A program made the translations under genes and the position numbers. From a virus (lineage: Duplodnaviria > Caudoviricetes), in the IMG/VR virus record IMGVR_UViG_3300024346_000006: a stretch of DNA of 64,000 nt. The stretch is one strand, 5' to 3'. The notes below the pieces were generated by a model, which saw only the letters and a list, made by a program, of their open reading frames with translations, was not told the origin of the DNA and made no database searches. Of the stretch, positions 29,845-38,952 are shown piece by piece (positions within the stretch are counted from its first letter, which is position 1; every line of letters starts with the position of its first letter).

Positions 29845-29852
29845 TATTTATC
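29845..29852 (-). promoter_or_regulatory. Late-promoter-like GATAAATA immediately 5' of the terminator
   Basis: One mismatch to TATAAATA; its position directly upstream of the hairpin makes function uncertain. Confidence 0.3.
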
Positions 29853-29875
29853 ATAATTTTATCAATCTTTAGAAA

Positions 29876-32800
29876 TTATACACCAAAGTTTACATAGTTC
29901 CCTTTCCAAGATGCACCAACATTCTTAGCAAATGTGAATGTTCCTGCAGCAAGTGTTCCTGCAACCGAACCACTACTTCTAACAGTAATAGAACTGGCAG
30001 TAGAAGAAACTTCAGTTACTGTGAGTGTAACCACCGAAGCATCTTCTAAAGTTACCGAAGCAGTAGCACCCACTAAAATATCAGAAGAAATACTACCAAC
30101 AGTAACACCAGCGATTGTACTTGTGCCAACACTAATTGATGCATCAGCAACAGTAACTAAATCACCTGAGCGTTCACCATCATCAAATGTGTAGTTTACT
30201 CCTCCAAGAGTTTCAATAGCACCGTTAACAGAACCTGTTGGGAAGTTAACAGAAATTGCTTTTACATCCCTTGGTGTGTAATCACTATATGATGGTCTGA
30301 TTGGGCCACCTCTTGTTAAGAGGAAGATTCTCATACCGTTACCAAATGGTTTAGTAGACTGCATACCCACATAAGTTCTGTGTGTTGAGTTTTCTGTTGT
30401 GTCAAACGCATCAGTTGTTCCATCTGATTGTTTCACATTGTGCCAGAAATACTCTCTTCTGAAGTTGAGTGGATCAGTATTAGCAGATGTAGATGTAGTA
30501 CCACCCTGTGGACTTAGAGTACTAACATGTTGTCCATCAAGGTCATACTTAGTGGCAGATGTCTTAATGATACCACCTTGAGTAGAACTATCCGCACCAG
30601 CGATACAGATCAAGTCTGCTTCTGCGTCACTATAGATAAATCTCTGTGATGCAAGTGGTGTTGGGAAGTTAAAGATAACAGTTTTATCCTGTGTAATCGA
30701 TAACTGTTCAACAGGGTTAATACATGCAGGACTGTCAACCTGTGGTGTAACAGCAGAGACATGGTAATCCCATGGTTTAAACACATCGTTTTCACGAACA
30801 ATAAATCTGTAGATACCTTTTGCAACTTTATGAATATCGTTCCAAATTGCAGGAATATCTCTATCTTCTGGAAGTCTAATCAGGTAAGTTGATCTACCAG
30901 TATCTCTTTCTTCCACATCATTGTAGTTTTCATATGAAATCTTAACAACCGTAGCAAACTCTAGAGGTTCGTTGAATTTAACTTTATCCGTTGTTAATGA
31001 GTATGCATACATTGGTTTTTGGACACCAAAGTATTCTGTAGAACCACCAGTCGTACCAAATTCAATATTACCATTCGCATCGAATTGATAATTTTGTCCT
31101 TGAACCGCAGCATCTGCCTCTTGTCCATCAACAAACACTTTAAGTCTGTTAACCTCAAAGAGTGGGTTGGATGCAGTACCATATCTACCAAAGAAGTTGG
31201 TATACTCGTTATTAAATCCAGCACCTTCCCACGCATACTCGTAGATGAATTGGTCATTTTCTGGCATAGTGTCGATTATAGAAAGAACTCTAAATCCAAC
31301 TCCTGCAGCTTCTGCAGTTACTGTTGTAAGTTCATCTCCAACCTTCACATCACCAGTAGAACCAGTTCCATCTAATACAATAAAGTCTTGTCCAACACCA
31401 CCAGTTGAACTAGTTTGTGCAGCTGTACCAGCAGCATCAAGTGCAATTTTGTGTCCAACTGCATTTCCACCGAATGAAGAATTAGTAACAGGAATCAGTG
31501 TTAAGTCTGTAATACCACCCAATGCACCAGCAAACTGTCCTGCAGTACCAAGAAGAGGATTTGCACCTGTACCAGTTCCGGCACCAATATCTAAGTTGTC
31601 AACGAAAAGAACTCTGCGTCTTCTCTTTGCAACAAGTTGTTTTGCAGCAACAGATGTAGGTGTAAAGATTGCAACTGTTGAAGCGATTGGAAGTTCTCTT
31701 GCTTGTCCGTTTGCATCAGTCGCAGGCGCAACTTCAGTTTTACTTACAAACTGGAAGTCATCATTGTAGTTCAAGAAAGTATCAACACCATCAGAACTTC
31801 TGTGACGAACTCTGTATGTACGCAAACCTAACTGAGCAGGCCCTTGCATCTGTGTTCTTGCAACAGAATAGTTTTTCAAACCTTCACCAGTCGTATCATT
31901 AATTAGTGTCCAAGCAGTTGGAGCACCATTAGCATCTGTGGGTTGATATCTGTCACTAGATTCGAAACCAGTAATATAGTCACCTACTGGTACAAATGAA
32001 CTACCAAAGGCAGAACCAAAGTTCAATGCAAATCCATCTCTGGAAATTGCAGTAATGTTACTGGTAACAACTCCAAGTTGTGCAGTGCCCAATCCACGAC
32101 CACCTGCGGCCGCTTGGAAGTTTGCGGTATTAATCTCTGGGAATTTATAGTAATCGTTAACAACTGTAAATCCAGTTGCGGAATCTGTTCCTAATGCACC
32201 GTGGTCAGAGAGTGGAACATTCGCAGTAGAAGAGGTGTTCAAATATGAAAGTCCTCTACCATATGCTTCTGGAATTAATGCAACAGGTCTTGAGTCAGTA
32301 GGAATTGTTGCATTCACTGGAAGTCCTGGCTTCAGTTTTCTACCATTTACATCAAAGATTTCCAATTCATCCAATGACTTAGATGTAACAGTTGTGGCAC
32401 CAGTGGTTGTATCCAATGATTCACTAACCTCTGCAAAGAAACCGATATTGAAATCTGATGTTTCTTCTGGTCTAGAAGATGGTGAATACAAGCAGTGAAC
32501 TGGAGACTTACCGTCTTCGAATTCAATTTTACCAGAAATGTTATTAACATGTCTTTGAACAACAAACCACGCATAATCGTCATCTTGGTCAACAGAGGCC
32601 TGATCAAATATGAAAAGTCCAGTACCATGGTCTGTACAAGTCAGACGGAATGCAATTGGATATGTTGGTTCTGTATCGTCTGTAGTCTTACCTTGTCTAC
32701 GGAAGAATCCAGATTTTGCTTTGTTACTATCGTTTGAGAAGTTATAGTAAATTTCACTAAGTTCACCAGGCTGTCTGTAAACTGCCTGTTTGATACCGTC

Positions 32801-34570
32801 ACGACCTTGTCCTTTTGAAAGGTCTCCGTTATCTTTAATCTGCAATGCAGTAGCAACGTTTACATAAAGATATTCATCTCTAGTATCGTAGAAGAAACGC
32901 ATTCTCCACTTCTGTGGTTTACGAGCATCTTTAACTGGTTGAGTCAACGAAACTGATGTTGGAATAGCATCTGTAGCACTATTAATTTCTTTCTTAGAGG
33001 AAAGTAAGTCAGTACCTTTTTCTGATTCCACAACAAACATATCACCAATTCTTTTAATTGCAGACATCACACTTCTGTGATTTTGTTGTCCAGAGTTTCC
33101 AACAGGAATTACTGTATTACTATCTGAGTCTACAAAAGGGTAGACGATATTATATGGTTGTGTTTCGAAATCGGATACAGGGATTGCGAGTCTCCACTTT
33201 CCAGTCGCATATGCTTTATCTCCTGCGACCATGCCTGCAACTCCATCATCAGTTGCATCTTCATATGTAAATGGATTATTTTCTTCGTTATTTGTGCTTG
33301 TCATTTCAAGAGTTGCAACATATGGATTTAATGTATGTCCATCTCCTGTAACTCTAAGAATTGCAACACCAGAACCAGTTACTTCGATAATTCTCTTACC
33401 ATCATCCGCAGCGGTAAAACCGTTTTGATCGTTAACACCGAATTGTACACCAGCATCGTCATAAAGTTCAACAATTGCACCATCAGTCGCACTACCCTTA
33501 ATTACAAGGGATGCAGACCTTTGAGGAACACTAGAAAACGCAGAACTGTAATAATTTCCATATGGGTGTAAACATAAATCTTTTGCAAGAGTTTTTAAAA
33601 AACCATCACTTGCAGAAGGATCTTGATCAGTATCGATAAAGTACTCTAAAAGAACTGTATCGCCAACTTGGAAAGACTCACTTCTCCATGTTACTGTTCC
33701 GTAATCAAATGCAAGTTGAGTCGCTGTTGTTACCGCTTCTACAGTGATTACTAAATCACTTCCACCATTATTTCCAAGTTCTGTGTTTGGAATAGTAATA
33801 GTGTCACCAACCCCATAGGTTACACCGAACTCCAAAGGAACAACTTTTGTTACTGTACCACCAGCATCAACGTACACTTGAAACGCTGCACCTTCACCAG
33901 CAACAGAATCTGTAGTCGTTGTTGCAACATAGTAAACGCCTGGTCTATGTGATGTTTGTCCACTAGTAATGTTTACAGAAGTAATTGCACCCAAACCCTC
34001 AAAGAACGAAACATAAAATTGTCCTTCATCTGGACTTTCATCAATTTTTGCAGATATGGTAGCAGCTGCAGCTGCATCATAATTGTTACCAGAAGAAGCG
34101 ACATCAACAGAAACAATTCTTCCAGAATTATCAGAAGTTGCAGTTACAACTGCAGGAGTTAATGTTCCACTAGTTGGTTCGCCGCCTCTAATATTTACAT
34201 TAAAAGTTGTATTTGGAGCATAACCAAAACCACCATCTAGAACGTTGATAGATTGAATTGCACCGTTTGCATCTAATTGAATTGAACCAAGAACAGAAGG
34301 AATACTTCCTTTTCTATATGTTTGTTTTAATGGGCGGGTAACGGTTGTAACAGTACCACCAACAAATACTCTTCTCTGAGAAGAAAGTGCGTATGGTGAG
34401 ATTCTGTCAAATTCATGTTGCGCCGGTTTTGATAGCCGTGTAAATGTCTGATTGAAACTATTCAAAAATTCGAACTTCTGTGAGTATTTCTGCTGTTGCA
34501 TAGATACCATTTCGTTTCTTTGAATAGAAAATCCACCAGAAAGAAACTCTGTCGATAATGCAGTAGTCAT
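29876..34570 (-). CDS. Putative major virion structural protein, paralogue P2 (1564 aa)
   Basis: GFSIQRN N-terminus; KPQKWRMRF..YLYVNVAT, GRDGIK..YRQPGEL, DQASVDQDDDYAWFVVQRHV, KSPVHCLYS, FIVRENDVFKPWD, INPVEQL and FGNGMRIF blocks. Two late promoters, AAGGAG SD and its own terminator. Confidence 0.8.
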   Translation of the reverse strand: MTTALSTEFLSGGFSIQRNEMVSMQQQKYSQKFEFLNSFNQTFTRLSKPAQHEFDRISPYALSSQRRVFVGGTVTTVTRPLKQTYRKGSIPSVLGSIQLDANGAIQSINVLDGGFGYAPNTTFNVNIRGGEPTSGTLTPAVVTATSDNSGRIVSVDVASSGNNYDAAAAATISAKIDESPDEGQFYVSFFEGLGAITSVNITSGQTSHRPGVYYVATTTTDSVAGEGAAFQVYVDAGGTVTKVVPLEFGVTYGVGDTITIPNTELGNNGGSDLVITVEAVTTATQLAFDYGTVTWRSESFQVGDTVLLEYFIDTDQDPSASDGFLKTLAKDLCLHPYGNYYSSAFSSVPQRSASLVIKGSATDGAIVELYDDAGVQFGVNDQNGFTAADDGKRIIEVTGSGVAILRVTGDGHTLNPYVATLEMTSTNNEENNPFTYEDATDDGVAGMVAGDKAYATGKWRLAIPVSDFETQPYNIVYPFVDSDSNTVIPVGNSGQQNHRSVMSAIKRIGDMFVVESEKGTDLLSSKKEINSATDAIPTSVSLTQPVKDARKPQKWRMRFFYDTRDEYLYVNVATALQIKDNGDLSKGQGRDGIKQAVYRQPGELSEIYYNFSNDSNKAKSGFFRRQGKTTDDTEPTYPIAFRLTCTDHGTGLFIFDQASVDQDDDYAWFVVQRHVNNISGKIEFEDGKSPVHCLYSPSSRPEETSDFNIGFFAEVSESLDTTTGATTVTSKSLDELEIFDVNGRKLKPGLPVNATIPTDSRPVALIPEAYGRGLSYLNTSSTANVPLSDHGALGTDSATGFTVVNDYYKFPEINTANFQAAAGGRGLGTAQLGVVTSNITAISRDGFALNFGSAFGSSFVPVGDYITGFESSDRYQPTDANGAPTAWTLINDTTGEGLKNYSVARTQMQGPAQLGLRTYRVRHRSSDGVDTFLNYNDDFQFVSKTEVAPATDANGQARELPIASTVAIFTPTSVAAKQLVAKRRRRVLFVDNLDIGAGTGTGANPLLGTAGQFAGALGGITDLTLIPVTNSSFGGNAVGHKIALDAAGTAAQTSSTGGVGQDFIVLDGTGSTGDVKVGDELTTVTAEAAGVGFRVLSIIDTMPENDQFIYEYAWEGAGFNNEYTNFFGRYGTASNPLFEVNRLKVFVDGQEADAAVQGQNYQFDANGNIEFGTTGGSTEYFGVQKPMYAYSLTTDKVKFNEPLEFATVVKISYENYNDVEERDTGRSTYLIRLPEDRDIPAIWNDIHKVAKGIYRFIVRENDVFKPWDYHVSAVTPQVDSPACINPVEQLSITQDKTVIFNFPTPLASQRFIYSDAEADLICIAGADSSTQGGIIKTSATKYDLDGQHVSTLSPQGGTTSTSANTDPLNFRREYFWHNVKQSDGTTDAFDTTENSTHRTYVGMQSTKPFGNGMRIFLLTRGGPIRPSYSDYTPRDVKAISVNFPTGSVNGAIETLGGVNYTFDDGERSGDLVTVADASISVGTSTIAGVTVGSISSDILVGATASVTLEDASVVTLTVTEVSSTASSITVRSSGSVAGTLAAGTFTFAKNVGASWKGNYVNFGV

Positions 34571-34601
34571 CTAATAATTCTCCTTTGAATGTTTTTTCTT
34601 A

Positions 34602-34609
34602 TATTTATA
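34602..34609 (-). promoter_or_regulatory. T4-type late promoter TATAAATA (proximal)
   Basis: Exact motif 32 nt upstream of the ATG at 34570. Confidence 0.8.
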
Positions 34610-34627
34610 ACTTTAAAGTGTTTCAAG

Positions 34628-34635
34628 TATTTATA
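34628..34635 (-). promoter_or_regulatory. T4-type late promoter TATAAATA (distal, tandem)
   Basis: Second exact motif 26 nt from the first, in the same intergenic gap. Confidence 0.7.
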
Positions 34636-34664
34636 CCCAGTTCATATGATTATTTTATTTTATT

Positions 34665-37600
34665 TTAACTTCCTAATGTCGATCCAGGCGCTTTACCAGG
34701 CGTTACATCACTATATCTAATACTAGAACCAGTAACTTGCATAAACACTCTCATACCATTTCCATTTGGTAATGTTGCAGACATTCCCTCATACTTTCTG
34801 GCATTTTTTCTCCAAATATATTTAACCCCATCAGGGCCTTCATGTCCTGCATATCTTGTAACTTCGGCAGGAGAAGTTGAAGAAATTGCGGCAGGAACAA
34901 AAGAACCGCCTTTAAACTCTTCGTTTAATCCATCCGAATCATCATATTTGTTTATTTCTACATGTCCCGACTGAGTTGAGAAATCTGCAGAAGAAATACA
35001 AAGAATATCAAGTTCACTTTGTGGATAATAGAATCTTTGAGTTGTTATCTGAGTTGGGAACGAGAAAACAAAATTTCTATCTTGTGTGATAGAAAGTTGT
35101 TCCATCGGATTGATAACAGCATGAGAATCGATTTCGTGCATTGTTGCAGAAACGTGGAAATCCCATGGTTTCAATACATCTTGTTCTCTAACAACAAATC
35201 TATTGATTGTTTTTACTTCATTCATATTTCTTTCTGGGAAATCTCTGTCCTCTGGAATAGTTATGATGTATGCACTCTGAGCAGGATTTGAAGTAACATA
35301 ATTTATCAAAGAAATTGTCAATTCCGAACCCGCCCTTGGAGCAACTTTGAAATAAAATGTATGATTGAAGAAATCGTATATATATTCATTTCTCAAAGTA
35401 TTTGGTGAGGAGAATACAGGATCCCCTGGCAACTTATTTTGCAATAGATAATTACTTGTTGTCGTAACTGCTTGTGCATTAGTCAAACTAAAAGTTGGTT
35501 TTGTTGGATTTGCCGCATGTTGCGAGAAAAAGTTTCTTCCAGTTGAAGTATTTGAAGTTCCCGAATTAATTGCATATGGAGAGGTAAGTGAAATCACATT
35601 ATTATCCCACTCAACACTTGTACCATCTACAGATGGAAACTTAAAGTCTGCACCAAGTGCGTCAACTCCTGCAGCATCTAGAGATTCAACAAATCTCTGA
35701 ACTGTACTTGGGTCACCATTGTTAACCCAATCTTCATATGTCAAAATATATGCGCCGTTATCTCTAATTACCTCAACATCATCTAGTGCAACAACCAAAG
35801 ATTCAAAAACTTTGTCCATATTCCCAACAGGCGAACCAAATAGAATATCAAGCAATGCAGAATCCGCTTCTTTATAATCAACCAAACCAACAGATTCTGT
35901 TACAGTAGGAACACCTGTTCCACTTTGAGATGCATTTCTAAATGTAGACATTCTTTCAATAATGTTTTGCGGAAACGCAACATTTTCGGAGAATGAAATT
36001 CCTGCAGTGTTTGCAAGAACATAATTAGCTGAAATAGGAGTGGTTGCAGTTAACAGAGAACCACTTCTGTCATAATGTTCTAATACCGTAGTTGTAGTTT
36101 GTCCTGCTGTTGTAACTTGTTCAAGTGCAGCGGGAGAAGCAGATGCCCCAGCACTAAGTGCCACATCTTTTCTTCTTGGCAATGAGTTAAAACCTTGAAT
36201 TTGAAGGTCAAATACTGGGTCAATTACTTGTTGTGCCCATGTCGAACCAGAAAGTCCATCGGTTGGTACAATAATCCACTGTGGTGTCCCTGATTGATTT
36301 ACTGTAAAGTCTACCATAACATCACCAGAACTAGATGTTCCTTCTTCAATAGTTCCCTGTGCAGGGACAATTGGAGGGCCGGGAGCATATACCTGTGCTG
36401 TTCCAATAATATTCGCAGCAGACCAACCACTAACGAGTAGTTCTCCGTTTGATTTGTTATATGAAACAATACGTCCACCACCTGTACTTCCGTCAGACTC
36501 TAAAATATATTTGCCGGGCGTTAAAGTTTCACCAGCAACAGCGCCAGGCGAGTTTGTAATATCCACTTGTAGTTTGTATAGTGTTTGACCCCAAAGACTT
36601 TGATTTTCTGCCATCGCATTACTAGAGAAACCTCTAGTTAAATCTACTCTTATATCAGTGTGATATAATTGTCCAAGTGAGTTTTGTGTATTACCACCAG
36701 TTGCGTATCCAAGTGCAGTAAAGTCAATAGCATTAACAATACCGTTGAATAGGCCACCATCTCTGTTGACATAGATAGTTGGTGCTTCTGATCTGAAAAC
36801 TTGTCCAAGTGAGTTTTGAATTGGGCCAGGTTTACTCAAATCATCCAAATCTTGTGATGCAAAGTATGGTGTTAGACTTGAAACATCTACAGGACGTTTG
36901 CATGGTGAATATACACAATGCACTGGAGATTTTTCTGTAAACTCTGGTTGTCCAGTTGTTTGGTCAACATGTCTCTGTACTACTAACCATGCGTAGTCAT
37001 CGTCTTGATCTACTGATGCATGGTCAAATAAGAAAAGTCCCAAACCATGGTTTGTAACTGTAAGTCTATAAGACATTGGATATGTTGTTGAGATTGAGTC
37101 TTCTACTTGAGTTTTTCTAAACCACTGTGATTTTGACTTACTCATTTGTAAGATTGCGCCTCTGCCGATCGTTGGAGAGGTATACACATCGCACAATTCG
37201 CCGGGCTCTCTATAGACAGGATTTTTAATACCATCACGACCTTGTGGTTGTGAAATCGTAAAGTCATCTTTTAATTGATAAGCAGTTGCAACATTTACTT
37301 TTAAGTATTTTTCATCATCATTCCACTCAAATCTCATTCTCCACTTCTGTGGTTTTCTAACTGCAGAAGGAGAAAGGCTTGATGCAAAACTTAAGTTTGA
37401 GTCTGATAATAAATCGACTCCTTTGTTAGACTCGACTAAGAATCCATTTGTAATTCTTCTCAATGCATCTTTAACGTCTTCTTTATCGTTACTAACTGGA
37501 GTAGGATAAATCAAATCGAATGGTCTTTGGAAGTTATCATTTTCTTGGAATGTAAGCATCCAAGACGTGCCTTCCTCTGTAGTTACCAACTCTTCTTTCT

Positions 37601-38876
37601 GTCCAGTTGCAGTGGTCGCAGATGTAATATTTGGAGTACTATTTGTTTGATCGTAGAAAAATGCAACGAAACCATTTACTGCAGTACCTGTTGGTTGACT
37701 ATCTGATGTTGTTGCCTTTGAATATGCCCAGTAATCAGTGTCAACTGTATTGTTTTTTGGCCATGAATAATCATTTGCACCACCAGAAAGAGTTTCTTGT
37801 TGTGGTCCAAGTCCGCCAGGCCCCACCAATGCACCATACGGAACATCGACTGTCTTACCCCAATGGTAAGATACAGTAAACACACACTGACTTAGGTCTG
37901 CGACCCAAGGCATTACCTCTGTTCTCTTAAATTTAAATAGAGTTGATCTACCAGCATTATTAGAAGTTGCAACCCAATCTGTTTCTGGCAAAACTCTTCC
38001 ATTCAAAGAAACTCTAAATTCACCAGAACCAAGGTCAGAAATTGTTAGTGGGAAGTCGCCAATAATCGATGGCCATGTGCTCGAATCAGTAGAGTTAATA
38101 CTTGCAAACGGTGTAGAACCACCCGAACCTAAGTTTAATTCTGCAACTACTTTATGTTCTCTTACAACTTTCCAAAGTTTACTAGCAGTTAATTGACTCG
38201 CTGGTGTACCATCTTCGGAATAATCTCTATTATACTGAACTGGTAATACTTGTTGATACGCACTAAGATTTCCAGTTCCTGCGTCAATTTCATTAAGGAT
38301 TTCGCTTGTTGTAAAATCACTAGTAATTTCATTGCTAGGAGTACCATCTGCATCAGTATCAAAAGTTACATCTCTACTTAAATTTAAATTAAAGATTTCT
38401 GGGAATTCAAATGGATGAACTGTTAAATCGTGTGCCAGTTGGAATAAAAGTCCGCCATCATTTCCTGTGAAATGTGTAACATGTTCGATATACTTGATTT
38501 CGATTACTTCCCCAGAAATAGGACTGGTACTGTCAGCAAAAATAATTGCACCAAACTCTCCTAGTGCAGAATCGTATTTAATCGAACCCTGTCCTGCAGA
38601 AGTACTACCTTCCACATAAACTTTATCTCTGTATAATTCCGCATCAGTTGCAGTTACCCCAGACACCAATGAGTTATTACCAAAACTTCTGTTAAGGTAA
38701 AAACGTGTTTCTCCAATTCTAACATCCCATTCCCAATCCTTGTCGGTAATATCAACTCTTGATCTTAAAAAATAAGTATTAGCCCCACTCAGTGCATTGT
38801 GTGATTCCACTTGGCTGCGGTGAGGGACATCGATAATGTCATTTCTTTGTATGCTATATCCACTGGCAATAGACAT
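34665..38876 (-). CDS. Putative virion structural protein, paralogue P3 (1403 aa)
   Basis: GYSIQRN N-terminus; LAHDLTVHP; KPQKWRMRF..YLKVNVAT; GRDGIK.PVYREPGEL; DHASVDQDDDYAWLVVQRHV; FVVREQDVLKPWD; INPMEQL; NGNGMRVF. Confidence 0.78.
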   Translation of the reverse strand: MSIASGYSIQRNDIIDVPHRSQVESHNALSGANTYFLRSRVDITDKDWEWDVRIGETRFYLNRSFGNNSLVSGVTATDAELYRDKVYVEGSTSAGQGSIKYDSALGEFGAIIFADSTSPISGEVIEIKYIEHVTHFTGNDGGLLFQLAHDLTVHPFEFPEIFNLNLSRDVTFDTDADGTPSNEITSDFTTSEILNEIDAGTGNLSAYQQVLPVQYNRDYSEDGTPASQLTASKLWKVVREHKVVAELNLGSGGSTPFASINSTDSSTWPSIIGDFPLTISDLGSGEFRVSLNGRVLPETDWVATSNNAGRSTLFKFKRTEVMPWVADLSQCVFTVSYHWGKTVDVPYGALVGPGGLGPQQETLSGGANDYSWPKNNTVDTDYWAYSKATTSDSQPTGTAVNGFVAFFYDQTNSTPNITSATTATGQKEELVTTEEGTSWMLTFQENDNFQRPFDLIYPTPVSNDKEDVKDALRRITNGFLVESNKGVDLLSDSNLSFASSLSPSAVRKPQKWRMRFEWNDDEKYLKVNVATAYQLKDDFTISQPQGRDGIKNPVYREPGELCDVYTSPTIGRGAILQMSKSKSQWFRKTQVEDSISTTYPMSYRLTVTNHGLGLFLFDHASVDQDDDYAWLVVQRHVDQTTGQPEFTEKSPVHCVYSPCKRPVDVSSLTPYFASQDLDDLSKPGPIQNSLGQVFRSEAPTIYVNRDGGLFNGIVNAIDFTALGYATGGNTQNSLGQLYHTDIRVDLTRGFSSNAMAENQSLWGQTLYKLQVDITNSPGAVAGETLTPGKYILESDGSTGGGRIVSYNKSNGELLVSGWSAANIIGTAQVYAPGPPIVPAQGTIEEGTSSSGDVMVDFTVNQSGTPQWIIVPTDGLSGSTWAQQVIDPVFDLQIQGFNSLPRRKDVALSAGASASPAALEQVTTAGQTTTTVLEHYDRSGSLLTATTPISANYVLANTAGISFSENVAFPQNIIERMSTFRNASQSGTGVPTVTESVGLVDYKEADSALLDILFGSPVGNMDKVFESLVVALDDVEVIRDNGAYILTYEDWVNNGDPSTVQRFVESLDAAGVDALGADFKFPSVDGTSVEWDNNVISLTSPYAINSGTSNTSTGRNFFSQHAANPTKPTFSLTNAQAVTTTSNYLLQNKLPGDPVFSSPNTLRNEYIYDFFNHTFYFKVAPRAGSELTISLINYVTSNPAQSAYIITIPEDRDFPERNMNEVKTINRFVVREQDVLKPWDFHVSATMHEIDSHAVINPMEQLSITQDRNFVFSFPTQITTQRFYYPQSELDILCISSADFSTQSGHVEINKYDDSDGLNEEFKGGSFVPAAISSTSPAEVTRYAGHEGPDGVKYIWRKNARKYEGMSATLPNGNGMRVFMQVTGSSIRYSDVTPGKAPGSTLGS

Positions 38877-38902
38877 TCATATCTCCTTTGTATTTTTCTT
38901 TA

Positions 38903-38910
38903 TATTTATA
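38903..38910 (-). promoter_or_regulatory. T4-type late promoter TATAAATA
   Basis: Exact motif 27 nt upstream of the ATG at 38876, with AAGGAG SD. Confidence 0.8.
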
Positions 38911-38952
38911 AAAATTTTTTTGTTGTTTTACTAAATTATTAAACTATCTTCA

